This document shows positions 9,004 through 18,244 of a stretch of DNA of 64,000 bases, piece after piece (the first letter of the stretch is position 1; every line of letters begins with the position of its first letter). Position numbers and translations under genes: made by a program. This DNA comes from a virus: positions 1 to 64,000 of the IMG/VR virus record IMGVR_UViG_3300028394_000059, one strand, 5' to 3'. Below the pieces are notes generated by a model, which was given only the letters and a program-made list of their open reading frames with translations, made no database searches and had not been told where the DNA came from.

Positions 9004-9585
9004 ATGGTATACGTATTTGAAGGACCAAGAAATTCAGGAAAAACATTCCTCTCTAAATTTATAGCTGAGAAATTTGACATGCCAAGGTATCAGTTTGCCT
9101 TTGCTGATTATTTTTCTAAACTTAATCTAGAAAGTCGAAACAGTAGAGAAGCCCATGCTTTTGCTATGGGTAAGGAACTTATGCTTATGCAGCTTTTTAA
9201 AGATCTCGATCCCTGCAATTATTTAACTGATCCATTCTCTTTCATACACGATCGCGGGATTCTTACTGTTCTTGCATGGGGAATAATGGAAGGTAGAATA
9301 ACTGAAAGTGAAATGGATGATCAGGTCAAGATGATTAAACAGATGGGATTAATGGATGAAATCTCCATTATTTTCATAACTGGTGACAATCCGAATAAAG
9401 GTGATAGGAATAAAGACCAGTGGGATCGCATAGATGGCGACAACGGAGAGCTTGAATCATACGATAAAGTTATTTCAAAATTCGAAGAATATGGAATAGC
9501 AAAAATCCATAAATTTACAAATAGATTCGATGACGAGTCTCTTACAGATATTACATTAATGTTTGAAAATATATTATTCGATTAA
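9004..9585 (+). CDS. P-loop dNMP/thymidylate-kinase-like protein
   Basis: VFEGPRNSGKT Walker A at the N-terminus and IHDR motif typical of the dTMP/dNMP kinase family. Confidence 0.7.
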   Translation: MVYVFEGPRNSGKTFLSKFIAEKFDMPRYQFAFADYFSKLNLESRNSREAHAFAMGKELMLMQLFKDLDPCNYLTDPFSFIHDRGILTVLAWGIMEGRITESEMDDQVKMIKQMGLMDEISIIFITGDNPNKGDRNKDQWDRIDGDNGELESYDKVISKFEEYGIAKIHKFTNRFDDESLTDITLMFENILFD

Positions 9586-9587
9586 AT

Positions 9588-10994
9588 ATGTGCGGAATAC
9601 TATTAACTACTAGGGAAAAAATAAAACCATCTATTCTTGATTCTATTAAGCATAGAGGAATAGAAAGTTCTAAGGAATCGCTGGATGGCGTAACACTATG
9701 CCATCATAGATTACCTATACAGACTTTGGATGGCGATGAATGGAAACAACCAATAGAAATATCCGACGGTGTTTTTCTTATGTTCAACGGGGAGATTTTC
9801 AATTATGATTCCGCTTTATTTTCTTCAGATACTGAATACCTTTGTAATCTTTTTGCAAACTTCAAAGGTGGAAATCTTGAATTTTTCTCTGCGATGTACG
9901 TTCCGCATATAGTTAAATGGGATGGATTTTGGGCCATAGTTATCTATGATAGTAAAAGCGGTAATGTAATTTCATTCACTGATCCACTTGGTAAGAAGTG
10001 TTTATATCGTAACGAGCTTGGTGAGATTTGCTCGGAAATAAAAGGACTTTATACGGAGCTTTCTGATATAGATCAGATCTTCATAAGCTCAGTTAGAAAA
10101 TGGGGATATAACAAGGACAATAGAACAGCATACACCAACATAAAAAGGTTATTACCAAATAACATATATTCACACAACATAGCTTCTCCTATGTTTGAGA
10201 GCATTTACCCTGATTATTATAGAGCGTGGAATCTTCCAATACCTGAACTTAAGGGTGCAGATTACGAAACTCATATTGAGTGGTTATGGGAGAAGATGTT
10301 TGAAAGTGTTGGTAATAGACTTGCATCTAGAAATTACCCAATATCAATATTGGTATCTGGCGGACTTGATTCGTCAATAATTGCAGCGATTATAAAGGAG
10401 ATGGATGCCAAGGTTACCTGGTTTACAATAGAGAACGGAGAAACCCCATTTGTTAATGATTTAAGTGCTCATTTAGACACGCAAGCACATTTTCTGGACT
10501 ATACCATGGATTCTGATAAAAACGGTCTTATATACGCCCAATGGAATGAAAGTCCAATAGATCTTGGATCTGTGATACCACAATACCATTTATTTGAGGC
10601 AATCAGGAAGAATACAGATTACCGTATAGTTATTAGCGGGGATGGATCGGATGAGCTATTTGGTGGTTACTCAAGAATACATGAGTATGATTCACAGAAA
10701 TCTGATATCTTTGAAGAGCTTCCATTCTATCATTTACCTAGACTTGATAAGATGTCTATGGCTCATACATTGGAGCTAAGAAGTCCTTTTTTAAATCTTG
10801 ATATAGTGAGATTTGCTATGCACCTTCCCCTTGAATGGAGAAAAGACAAGAAGATTCTTAAAGATACTTTCGGACCTATGCTTCCCGAATCGATAGTGAA
10901 TAGAAAAAAAGAGGCTCTTAAGAATCCTGAGATTAAGAATGATAAATTGGCATATAGACAAAAAGCAGTTGATCTATTCCTTTCAATAGCTTAG
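9588..10994 (+). CDS. asnB: Asparagine synthetase B-like glutamine amidotransferase
   Basis: MCGI N-terminal nucleophile, HRG, NGEIFNY, D.LG.K.LY, SGGLDSS PP-loop, SGDGSDELFGGY, DKMSMAH.LE.RSPFL. Confidence 0.85.
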   Translation: MCGILLTTREKIKPSILDSIKHRGIESSKESLDGVTLCHHRLPIQTLDGDEWKQPIEISDGVFLMFNGEIFNYDSALFSSDTEYLCNLFANFKGGNLEFFSAMYVPHIVKWDGFWAIVIYDSKSGNVISFTDPLGKKCLYRNELGEICSEIKGLYTELSDIDQIFISSVRKWGYNKDNRTAYTNIKRLLPNNIYSHNIASPMFESIYPDYYRAWNLPIPELKGADYETHIEWLWEKMFESVGNRLASRNYPISILVSGGLDSSIIAAIIKEMDAKVTWFTIENGETPFVNDLSAHLDTQAHFLDYTMDSDKNGLIYAQWNESPIDLGSVIPQYHLFEAIRKNTDYRIVISGDGSDELFGGYSRIHEYDSQKSDIFEELPFYHLPRLDKMSMAHTLELRSPFLNLDIVRFAMHLPLEWRKDKKILKDTFGPMLPESIVNRKKEALKNPEIKNDKLAYRQKAVDLFLSIA

Positions 10995-11019
10995 GATTAT
11001 AATATTAGGATCTTACTTG

Positions 11020-11027
11020 GATATATA
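11020..11027 (+). promoter_or_regulatory. Putative late promoter GATATATA
   Basis: 20 nt upstream of ATG 11048. Confidence 0.65.
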
Positions 11028-11047
11028 GTTTAAATAAATTTACAAGA

Positions 11048-11719
11048 ATGTCAAAATTAAAAAAATTCGAAGATTTTTCTAGCAGTTCAGAAAATATACA
11101 GGAATCATTATTCGATGATCTAGGTGGTATGTTAGGTAAGGTTATTCCTTTTCTTGGTACAGGTCTTACTAAAACAATCAAACAAAAGATTTCTGCATCT
11201 TTACTTAAAAAGATAGGGATTAAAGAAAATTCAACTTTCTCCACTATAATTCAGGAGGTCGTAGATTCGATAGAATTAAAAGAAATGCCGGGATTATTAA
11301 CCGGAGAAAATGCAAATGCAGATTTTCTTGCTCCGAGATTAGCTCAAGCAGTTCAGGAGTACATACAAAGAAAAGGTTTGGATTCGCTGGTCGTTCCTTT
11401 AGGTATAGAGCCAAACGGATGGATGTATTCAACAATCAGAGAGAGCTTGCAAGGGGAACTAGGAAAGGAAAAATTAACTAATTTATTTTTAGGTGCTCTT
11501 GGATCAGATTCGATTGGAGCGGAAGCGCTTTCTAAATTAGATCCAAACAGTAAAGATCAACTTAAGGACACATTGGCTCAAAAACTAGCTAAGGAATATC
11601 CATATAAAAACAGCAGAACTGGTTCTTCTGGATCTAACTCATCCGGATCTGGAGGGGGTTTTTTTGACACGTTATCTTCAGTTTGGGACAGCTTTACGAG
11701 TGGAGCAAAAAATTCTTAA
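11048..11719 (+). CDS. Probable internal head protein
   Basis: MSKLKKFEDF...NIQE|S capsid-targeting-like leader; Gly/Ser linker near the C-terminus. Confidence 0.55.
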   Translation: MSKLKKFEDFSSSSENIQESLFDDLGGMLGKVIPFLGTGLTKTIKQKISASLLKKIGIKENSTFSTIIQEVVDSIELKEMPGLLTGENANADFLAPRLAQAVQEYIQRKGLDSLVVPLGIEPNGWMYSTIRESLQGELGKEKLTNLFLGALGSDSIGAEALSKLDPNSKDQLKDTLAQKLAKEYPYKNSRTGSSGSNSSGSGGGFFDTLSSVWDSFTSGAKNS

Positions 11720-11734
11720 TATAAAAATACAAAT

Positions 11735-12079
11735 ATGAATCAACAAAACGTAGCAAAGAGAGAGGTTTTAGATTTCGATAAATTTTTAACCAAAGTTCAT
11801 GACGATATTTATAAGCCATTTTCTGCAGAGAATCAAACTGCACAGCCAGAAAAAACCGGACTTTCTAAAATTACAAGAGAGCCAGCTTATGATTATGCAG
11901 GATATGCGGATTCTGTTTTCGGTAACCAATCAAAAATAGATGCTCCTGGATATAGAATAAATATGGGAAACGGTAAGGTTGGTATGGTTGACGCACCAGG
12001 TGTAGGCGGTATATTTAATACAGGAACTAATGAATCAGAAAATACTGATAACTTTATTAGAAGGCTAAGCGATTTTTAA
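11735..12079 (+). CDS. Small protein with capsid-targeting-like motifs at both ends
   Basis: REVLDFDKFL near the N-terminus; TNE|SE..FIRRLSDF at the C-terminus. Confidence 0.5.
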   Translation: MNQQNVAKREVLDFDKFLTKVHDDIYKPFSAENQTAQPEKTGLSKITREPAYDYAGYADSVFGNQSKIDAPGYRINMGNGKVGMVDAPGVGGIFNTGTNESENTDNFIRRLSDF

Positions 12080-12097
12080 TATAATCCATACGGAAAT

Positions 12098-12123
12098 AAA
12101 AAAGGAGCATTAAGCTCCTTTTT
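12098..12123. terminator. Bidirectional terminator between convergent genes
   Basis: AAAAAAGGAGC-attaa-GCTCCTTTTT. Confidence 0.85.
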
Positions 12124-12128
12124 ATGTG

Positions 12129-12860
12129 TTATGATACTGTTTCTATAAACTTTTCTTTTGCTAACTTGTATATTTCTGAATTCTCATCAAAATTCTCATA
12201 AATCTCTATCACGTGTAGTTCTGGTGACATTCTTTTTTCCGCTGCAAATTCTTCCAATATTTCGTGATAGATGTATTCATAGTTAAGTGAAAATATTTGG
12301 TTCTTTAGGTGTATTCTTTTAAGCACACATATCTCCTTATCACCATCCGCTGTTTTAAGAGTAACCGCACCTTGCCAGTAATACGATATGATTTTATCGG
12401 TTATCATATTTCTTACAACCAATATGCCAGAATTCTGTTTTTCTGTGCTGAATGAATTTATTTTTGAATTAACTCTAAATATTCGAATTTTAGATTCCTC
12501 TTGTTTTAATATCTCGAGACAAACCTCAGAGTATTCATATAGTGTCTCAAGGGATGATTCAACTATATCGATTATAGTGCTTTTATCTGAATCTGTTAGA
12601 TCATCGAATATAAACTTATTGACATAATCCCTTTCATCTTGTTTTATTTGACTTAAAACTCTGGAGCTTATTTTTTTATCATTCTTAAATTCATTTAGTG
12701 ACTTTATTATTTTGGAAACAGATCTTAGTGTCGAGTAGCAGTTATCAGAATTTAGATTCTTGCTGATTGATTTTAAATAATCAAGTAAAACGTATTCCTT
12801 GTGCTCAGGATCTATGGGATCCTTTATGAACCAAATTGGGCTTATATTCTTCATCTTCAA
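12129..12860 (-). CDS. Hypothetical protein (WF..PIDxEHKxYVLLxYL family)
   Basis: 243-aa ORF with its own upstream promoter-like motif and a downstream terminator; true start may be ATG 12854. Confidence 0.7.
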   Translation of the reverse strand: MKMKNISPIWFIKDPIDPEHKEYVLLDYLKSISKNLNSDNCYSTLRSVSKIIKSLNEFKNDKKISSRVLSQIKQDERDYVNKFIFDDLTDSDKSTIIDIVESSLETLYEYSEVCLEILKQEESKIRIFRVNSKINSFSTEKQNSGILVVRNMITDKIISYYWQGAVTLKTADGDKEICVLKRIHLKNQIFSLNYEYIYHEILEEFAAEKRMSPELHVIEIYENFDENSEIYKLAKEKFIETVS

Positions 12861-12882
12861 ACTTTTTAAAAATCATACTTAT

Positions 12883-12911
12883 CTTATATATTGGTATTAT
12901 AAAAATGTTAC
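12883..12911 (-). promoter_or_regulatory. Putative non-late promoter GTAAC-N18-TATAAG
   Basis: Same 18-nt spacing as the motifs at 14360, 14440, 25290 and 38185. Confidence 0.45.
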
Positions 12912-12915
12912 AAAA

Positions 12916-12923
12916 GATATATA
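12916..12923 (+). promoter_or_regulatory. Putative late promoter GATATATA
   Basis: 17 nt upstream of ATG 12941. Confidence 0.6.
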
Positions 12924-12940
12924 GATTAAAAAATACTAAA

Positions 12941-13387
12941 ATGGGAAGAATATACGATTATAATGCCTTTGCGGATAATAAGAAGGGCGGTAATGGTAAC
13001 GAATATTCATTTGGCTGCGAGATAAAGTATGTTGATATAGATGTATTCGGAAAACCGGAGGAGTATGAAGAGCTTTCCAATTGCAAGGCATTTATCGAAT
13101 ATTCGGTTGATCTTATTATTAAAAGAGCTGGTATAGATTCTCTGATGTTTAAAGTAAATTCTATAGAATTTGAATTTGAGGTTGACGATTATCCAAACGG
13201 TACTAAAGAATTTGATATTGATCTGATCCCAGGTAAAACCGTAGACTATAGTCAGATAAAAACTGAAGTTCACGATAGCTCGGTACCAACATATCCAGAC
13301 AAGCTGGAGATTAATATGAATAAATCAACGGATCCTAAAAATTTCGATATCACGGTTTATTTCGGTAATGACGTTAAATACAGATAA
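12941..13387 (+). CDS. Hypothetical protein, possible head-targeted protein
   Basis: Start reassigned to ATG 12941 (MGRIYDYNAF) after an A-rich leader and GATATATA; the longer ORF from 12836 overlaps the divergent gene. Confidence 0.6.
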   Translation: MGRIYDYNAFADNKKGGNGNEYSFGCEIKYVDIDVFGKPEEYEELSNCKAFIEYSVDLIIKRAGIDSLMFKVNSIEFEFEVDDYPNGTKEFDIDLIPGKTVDYSQIKTEVHDSSVPTYPDKLEINMNKSTDPKNFDITVYFGNDVKYR

Positions 13388-13388
13388 T

Positions 13389-14345
13389 ATGAGAATCCTA
13401 AACTTCAATGATTTTAAAATAAACGAATCCGATGATACTGAGGACTACATTTCTGTTGACGGAATTAGACCCATAATGGATGATGGATATGAGATTTCCG
13501 CCGAGAATTTTTGTGATTCAGATAGAACATTTCCGATGGGATCTATTATAGTTACAAAGGACAATAACAGTTTAATAACTATAGCATTCTGCGGTAGTAG
13601 CGGAAAAATACAAAATGAGTTAAGTATACCTAAGGATTCTGTTGATATAAAAATTGATGACAATAATAATTATATAGTTACGATAGACCCAAACAGAAGA
13701 TGGCTAAATGTTACCGGAAATAGAGCAGCCATTGAAGATTTCATCGAGGATTTTACTAACTGCAAGATGGAATGTGACAATCGCGACATTAGAATGATTG
13801 ATGGGATAAAGGATGATGTTTATACAATATTAGATATTATAGGAATTCCGTATGACATAGAAAGCGCAGATAAAATGGATGACAACCAGTACGAGGTTAA
13901 GCTTGGAAATGGCATGCTCATTGATATTAAGAAAAGATCCAATAATGATATGGTTGGTAACTTCGATGTTTATAAGAAGCATGACGACTCACGTCCAGCT
14001 TTTTCGATAAATAGTGACAAGGGCAAAATGGAATTCTCGTTTGATTCTGATGATCTACCAACATCCGAGGTTGAATCCAATATAACTGATGTTAGTAAGA
14101 ATGATTATCTAAACTACCTGCTTAGAAAATCTCTGGGAATAGAAACACATTCTGACAAAGAAAGATTATACAAGCACTTTGTTGATAGTATAAATTCACA
14201 TGACCGTGATTATGCAAAATCTGACGATATAAAAACACAGGAGAGAGGAAAGAAATCTGCAGATTATATAAAATCATTAAAGAATATGGTATCCACATTT
14301 GTACCGGAAAAAAGAATATCAGAGGTTTACCATAATAGGGATTAA
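13389..14345 (+). CDS. Acidic probable internal head protein
   Basis: MRILNFNDFKINE|S leader from ATG 13389, one base after the upstream stop. Confidence 0.6.
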   Translation: MRILNFNDFKINESDDTEDYISVDGIRPIMDDGYEISAENFCDSDRTFPMGSIIVTKDNNSLITIAFCGSSGKIQNELSIPKDSVDIKIDDNNNYIVTIDPNRRWLNVTGNRAAIEDFIEDFTNCKMECDNRDIRMIDGIKDDVYTILDIIGIPYDIESADKMDDNQYEVKLGNGMLIDIKKRSNNDMVGNFDVYKKHDDSRPAFSINSDKGKMEFSFDSDDLPTSEVESNITDVSKNDYLNYLLRKSLGIETHSDKERLYKHFVDSINSHDRDYAKSDDIKTQERGKKSADYIKSLKNMVSTFVPEKRISEVYHNRD

Positions 14346-14364
14346 TTTAATTTTACTACGAAAC

Positions 14365-14403
14365 AAAGGCCATCTTCAATTCTATAATTTAAGATGGCCT
14401 TTT
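14365..14403 (+). terminator. Hairpin/terminator overlapping a GAAAC-N18-TATAAT motif
   Basis: AAAGGCCATCTT ... AAGATGGCCTTT 12-bp inverted repeat followed by T. Confidence 0.7.
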
Positions 14404-14439
14404 AATATGGGCTTGACTCCCATTTATTTAATTATCAAT

Positions 14440-14468
14440 GGAACAATCCACCATAAAAAAAGTAAAAT
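14440..14468 (+). promoter_or_regulatory. Putative non-late promoter GGAAC-N18-TAAAAT
   Basis: Conserved spacing; upstream of the non-structural genes 14477-16362. Confidence 0.5.
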
Positions 14469-14476
14469 AGTTAAAG

Positions 14477-15148
14477 ATGCGCAACATATTTGCTCTTTTC
14501 GGTAAAAATAAAAAACGTAACAAAATGGAAATAACGGAAAATGGTCTGGAAGAGGCAAGATCTCTTTATAACGGAATGGAATTCCAATGGATAAAAGGTG
14601 ACGATATGATGAGCACCGAGTTATTTAAGGATGTTAGAATAAACGGAGATAACATGTTCATAGAATTTCAGAGCGGTAAGAGAATAAACTCTGAGCTACT
14701 TGAGGAGTTTATGACTTATTTTCCTGCTGCTCCTAGAGATCCTCAAAATATCAGTCATCCGAATATCCAGGTTTTACCTACCATTCATAAAACATCTACG
14801 GTAACTGATATAGCATATGATGATCAGCCACAGAAAAGAGGCAATGAAAATTCTCCGATATATAATCTATTAAGAAAACAAAAAAAGAATGTTGTTGAGG
14901 TTTCGATAAAGATAAAATTAAATCTTCCACCTAAGGATCTTTATGGTGTTCTTTCAAGTTCTTTTGATGATGCGGATAGTGAGATCATTAATTTTGTTTT
15001 AGATGGGGTTGATATAGATGATATCAAGACTTCATTGGGTGAATCTATTAAAAAATCATATTATCTAATACCAGATAAGAAGGATTTAGCAAAAGAAAAA
15101 ACCATAAAGAATAGTTCAAATACAAGAAATGTAAGAAATGAAGAATAA
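14477..15148 (+). CDS. Hypothetical protein
   Basis: 223-aa ORF; alternative start at ATG 14525. Confidence 0.7.
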   Translation: MRNIFALFGKNKKRNKMEITENGLEEARSLYNGMEFQWIKGDDMMSTELFKDVRINGDNMFIEFQSGKRINSELLEEFMTYFPAAPRDPQNISHPNIQVLPTIHKTSTVTDIAYDDQPQKRGNENSPIYNLLRKQKKNVVEVSIKIKLNLPPKDLYGVLSSSFDDADSEIINFVLDGVDIDDIKTSLGESIKKSYYLIPDKKDLAKEKTIKNSSNTRNVRNEE

Positions 15149-15731
15149 AAATAAAAAGGATAAAATACTTCTGAATACACCGAAATTTAATGTTACAGAA
15201 AGAGACGGTAAACCAGGAATAGTTGCAACAGTGGAAACTGTGATGCTTTTGCCATTCGTTACGGACGATAACGGGCTTCCCTTAATGCTAGGTGTACTTA
15301 AAGAAAGAAATCTATTTAGAGAAGGTGGATATTGCACAAGCCTAATAACAGGAACATGCGAGGATGAGGATCCCGATTATCTTGAAACTGCTAAAAGAGA
15401 GCTAAAAGAGGAGTCTGGATACGATGTACCTGATAATGATAAATGGTATTATCTAGGAACTGTTACTGCAACGAAGTTTGTTGACAAGGAGTACCCTTGT
15501 TTTGCTATAGATGTTACTGGGATAGAAAAGGGTGAAGCTTCAACTGATGGCTCTAAACAGGAGAGACTATCTTCTTTTCATTTTATACCAGCCAATGACG
15601 TTGTTAAATCTAAGGATGTTTTTATCCCCGCTTTATTTCTAAAGCTTTTTAAATTTGTTGTCGGTATGGATCTTTATAACAGAGACGATTCAGTTTTCGG
15701 TCAATCAAAAGGATTTTCAGCAGACATTTAA
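15138..15731 (+). CDS. Nudix hydrolase
   Basis: Nudix box GTCEDEDPDYLETAKRELKEESGY. Confidence 0.85.
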   Translation: MKNKNKKDKILLNTPKFNVTERDGKPGIVATVETVMLLPFVTDDNGLPLMLGVLKERNLFREGGYCTSLITGTCEDEDPDYLETAKRELKEESGYDVPDNDKWYYLGTVTATKFVDKEYPCFAIDVTGIEKGEASTDGSKQERLSSFHFIPANDVVKSKDVFIPALFLKLFKFVVGMDLYNRDDSVFGQSKGFSADI

Positions 15732-15743
15732 TTTTTTAAAAAT

Positions 15744-16043
15744 ATGAGCAACAGAAGAGAAAGAAGACAGCTGATGAGACAGCTTGGAATTACTAAGCCC
15801 AAGGGGAATAGTATTTCGGAGTTTAATTCTAGCAGGGAAGATGGACAAAATATACATCGTAAACATTTACAACGGGTTAAAAATGAAATTATCAGGAAGG
15901 ATAATGAAAGGAACCTATCTCCCAAGGAAGCTGATGATTTTTTCATGTATAAAAATCAAACTAACGAATATTCATCATTTCATACTCTGCTGAACAAAAG
16001 AGATTGGACTAATTTCGAATCTAATGGAGATAATGCAGAGTAA
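15744..16043 (+). CDS. Hypothetical basic protein
   Basis: MSNRRERRQ N-terminus; tightly packed in the gene run. Confidence 0.6.
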   Translation: MSNRRERRQLMRQLGITKPKGNSISEFNSSREDGQNIHRKHLQRVKNEIIRKDNERNLSPKEADDFFMYKNQTNEYSSFHTLLNKRDWTNFESNGDNAE

Positions 16044-16362
16044 TTCAAAAGTAAATTTCTACATATCCAAATACTCTCCGAAGGAAGCTAAAAAAAGAGC
16101 TATCGGTGGATCTGATTTTTATGTTGTTGATATATCAAAAATAATAAGAGAACTTGGATACGAGACAGATAACCTGGCTGTTGAATCTGAGTTTATAATA
16201 AACTACACTATTCGCAAGAAAATCCTACAAGGAATATATAGTACTAAGTGTGATGGTATACTTGTTTGCTATAAGAATTTATCCCAGGATTTCGTAGGAA
16301 ACCTAGAAAATTTTCTGGAAGAATACCCAGAAGCATTCGAATATACTATACATAGTCTTTAA
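16024..16362 (+). CDS. Hypothetical protein
   Basis: 112-aa ORF filling the gap before the baseplate genes. Confidence 0.55.
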   Translation: MEIMQSNSKVNFYISKYSPKEAKKRAIGGSDFYVVDISKIIRELGYETDNLAVESEFIINYTIRKKILQGIYSTKCDGILVCYKNLSQDFVGNLENFLEEYPEAFEYTIHSL

Positions 16363-16381
16363 AAAAGATTTAAGATAGTAG

Positions 16382-18229
16382 ATGTCAACCCTTCCAAGTG
16401 CTAGAGAACGTATTGCGAGAGGCCTAGGTGGCGATATAGTTAGTAACTATAGTAACCTAGGAACAAATAACCCATTCAAAGGACCAACCGCAAGGAGTCT
16501 ATTCTATGAAGCTGGTAAAAGGTCTCCTGGTAAATATGGCCAATTCCTCTTCTATTCATTGGGTAACAATGATAATAATTTTGTTGATGCTTATTATAAA
16601 TCAGAGAACGCTGAGTATAACACAAGGGTTTCCTCACTAAAATCAAGAAATCCGTCAGCAGGTTTCCTTGTAAGGGAAACGAATTACCTGGAGGCAGTTT
16701 CTGCTAATACCGGCGGAATGCTATCAGGTTTAAATTCAAGCTTTGAAAGAAGCATAATAGGTGGGCTATCTGCACCCTATTATTGGAAGGATTTCCTTTA
16801 CTGTAGATATTATGGAGCTATTCCAAACAACTACATGATAACTCTCAGAAGATTCCCTACCCCGGTACTTGATAATTTATCTGTACCAAACAGCGTAAAA
16901 TCTTCTGAATCTTATACCAAAGAAGGTGCAGCAAGGCCTGTTGCACAGGCTGTTACTTGGTTTGGTGGAAATACTTCTAATAAATTAAGTACACTTATCG
17001 AATTTACCACTGGATTAGCTTGGACAGACAAGACTCAAGCAGATATAGTTAATCAGGAGGCTTTTTCTAAGGGATTCTTTGGTGATCTCCCTTATAAATG
17101 GATTGCAGGAGCTGCTAGGACTGCAACTGGTACGGATACGCTATCTAATACTATAGGATCGGTTACGGAGGGAATTACAGTTGCTTTTGATCCGAATAAC
17201 ACAACAATAGATGATCTAAGATTTCAGGGTCTGAGAGATAGAGCAAAGGATGGCAGTTTTGGAGTCATGAGCGAATATATTTGGACCCCTGTGGATGTTG
17301 TGAAAAGGACGCAGGTTAGAGATTCTGGACTTAGTTTCACCTGGGGCACAATGGATATTGTTTTTGAATATGATCTAACATCTGTCGGCGAGGTTAACAC
17401 CAAAGCTGCAATGCTTGATATTATGGGTAACTTACTCTCCATTGGTACCAATTACGGTAATTTTCTAACCCCTGATATAAGATATAGCTCCAATTTTCCT
17501 GCATTTGGATTTCCTGGTGGTGATGCTGGATTAGCAACGTTTTACCAGGATCCACTGGCTTTTATATTAGCATATGGATCTAAACTAACAAATCCGACAG
17601 GTGATGCAGTAGCATCAGTGGATGAACCTGCCTTAACTCAACAAATAGGTGGCGGTGGAGGCGGAGCGGATGACTCCGGGCTTGCTGATCTAAAAAAACA
17701 ACTGGAACAAATTACATCCGAAGGTATAAGTGTTGAAAAAATAAAGGATCTGGCAAAGAAATTTGGTTCAGGATTTGGTAAGCTTCTTAAGCTTGCTGTT
17801 ACCGAAGATATGGTAACTAATTTGAAGGTACCGATGAGCTTATTAACTGGTGCACCCATAGGTGAATGGCACCTAACAATAGGTAATCCGTGCAATCCTA
17901 TCGCTATGATGGGAAATTTAATTTGTGATAATGTAAAGGTCGAATTTGGAGATATACTAGGTCCTGATGATTTTCCTACAACACTGAAGGCTACATTTAG
18001 TCTTAAACACGGAAGGGATAAAGAAAGGGGTGAAATAGAGAGTATATTCAATAGAGGTGACGGAAGACTTTATCAAACATCCCAATCAACAACATCCAAT
18101 CTTCAATCATATAATTCATTTGCTGATACAGCTGGTAACGTTCTTAGTGAGCAAACTAGGGATAATTATCTGAATGGTAATCCTTTTGGATCGCCTGATA
18201 ACCAACAGTCACCTGCTGGAACACCTTAA
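16382..18229 (+). CDS. Baseplate/tail-tube-junction-like protein (gp48/gp54-like)
   Basis: First gene of the baseplate cluster; C-terminal GEWHLTIGNP.NPIAMMGNLICDNVKVEFG...DDFPT.LKATFSL resembles a tube-fold ending. Confidence 0.5.
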   Translation: MSTLPSARERIARGLGGDIVSNYSNLGTNNPFKGPTARSLFYEAGKRSPGKYGQFLFYSLGNNDNNFVDAYYKSENAEYNTRVSSLKSRNPSAGFLVRETNYLEAVSANTGGMLSGLNSSFERSIIGGLSAPYYWKDFLYCRYYGAIPNNYMITLRRFPTPVLDNLSVPNSVKSSESYTKEGAARPVAQAVTWFGGNTSNKLSTLIEFTTGLAWTDKTQADIVNQEAFSKGFFGDLPYKWIAGAARTATGTDTLSNTIGSVTEGITVAFDPNNTTIDDLRFQGLRDRAKDGSFGVMSEYIWTPVDVVKRTQVRDSGLSFTWGTMDIVFEYDLTSVGEVNTKAAMLDIMGNLLSIGTNYGNFLTPDIRYSSNFPAFGFPGGDAGLATFYQDPLAFILAYGSKLTNPTGDAVASVDEPALTQQIGGGGGGADDSGLADLKKQLEQITSEGISVEKIKDLAKKFGSGFGKLLKLAVTEDMVTNLKVPMSLLTGAPIGEWHLTIGNPCNPIAMMGNLICDNVKVEFGDILGPDDFPTTLKATFSLKHGRDKERGEIESIFNRGDGRLYQTSQSTTSNLQSYNSFADTAGNVLSEQTRDNYLNGNPFGSPDNQQSPAGTP

Positions 18230-18244
18230 AATAAGATATAAGAA

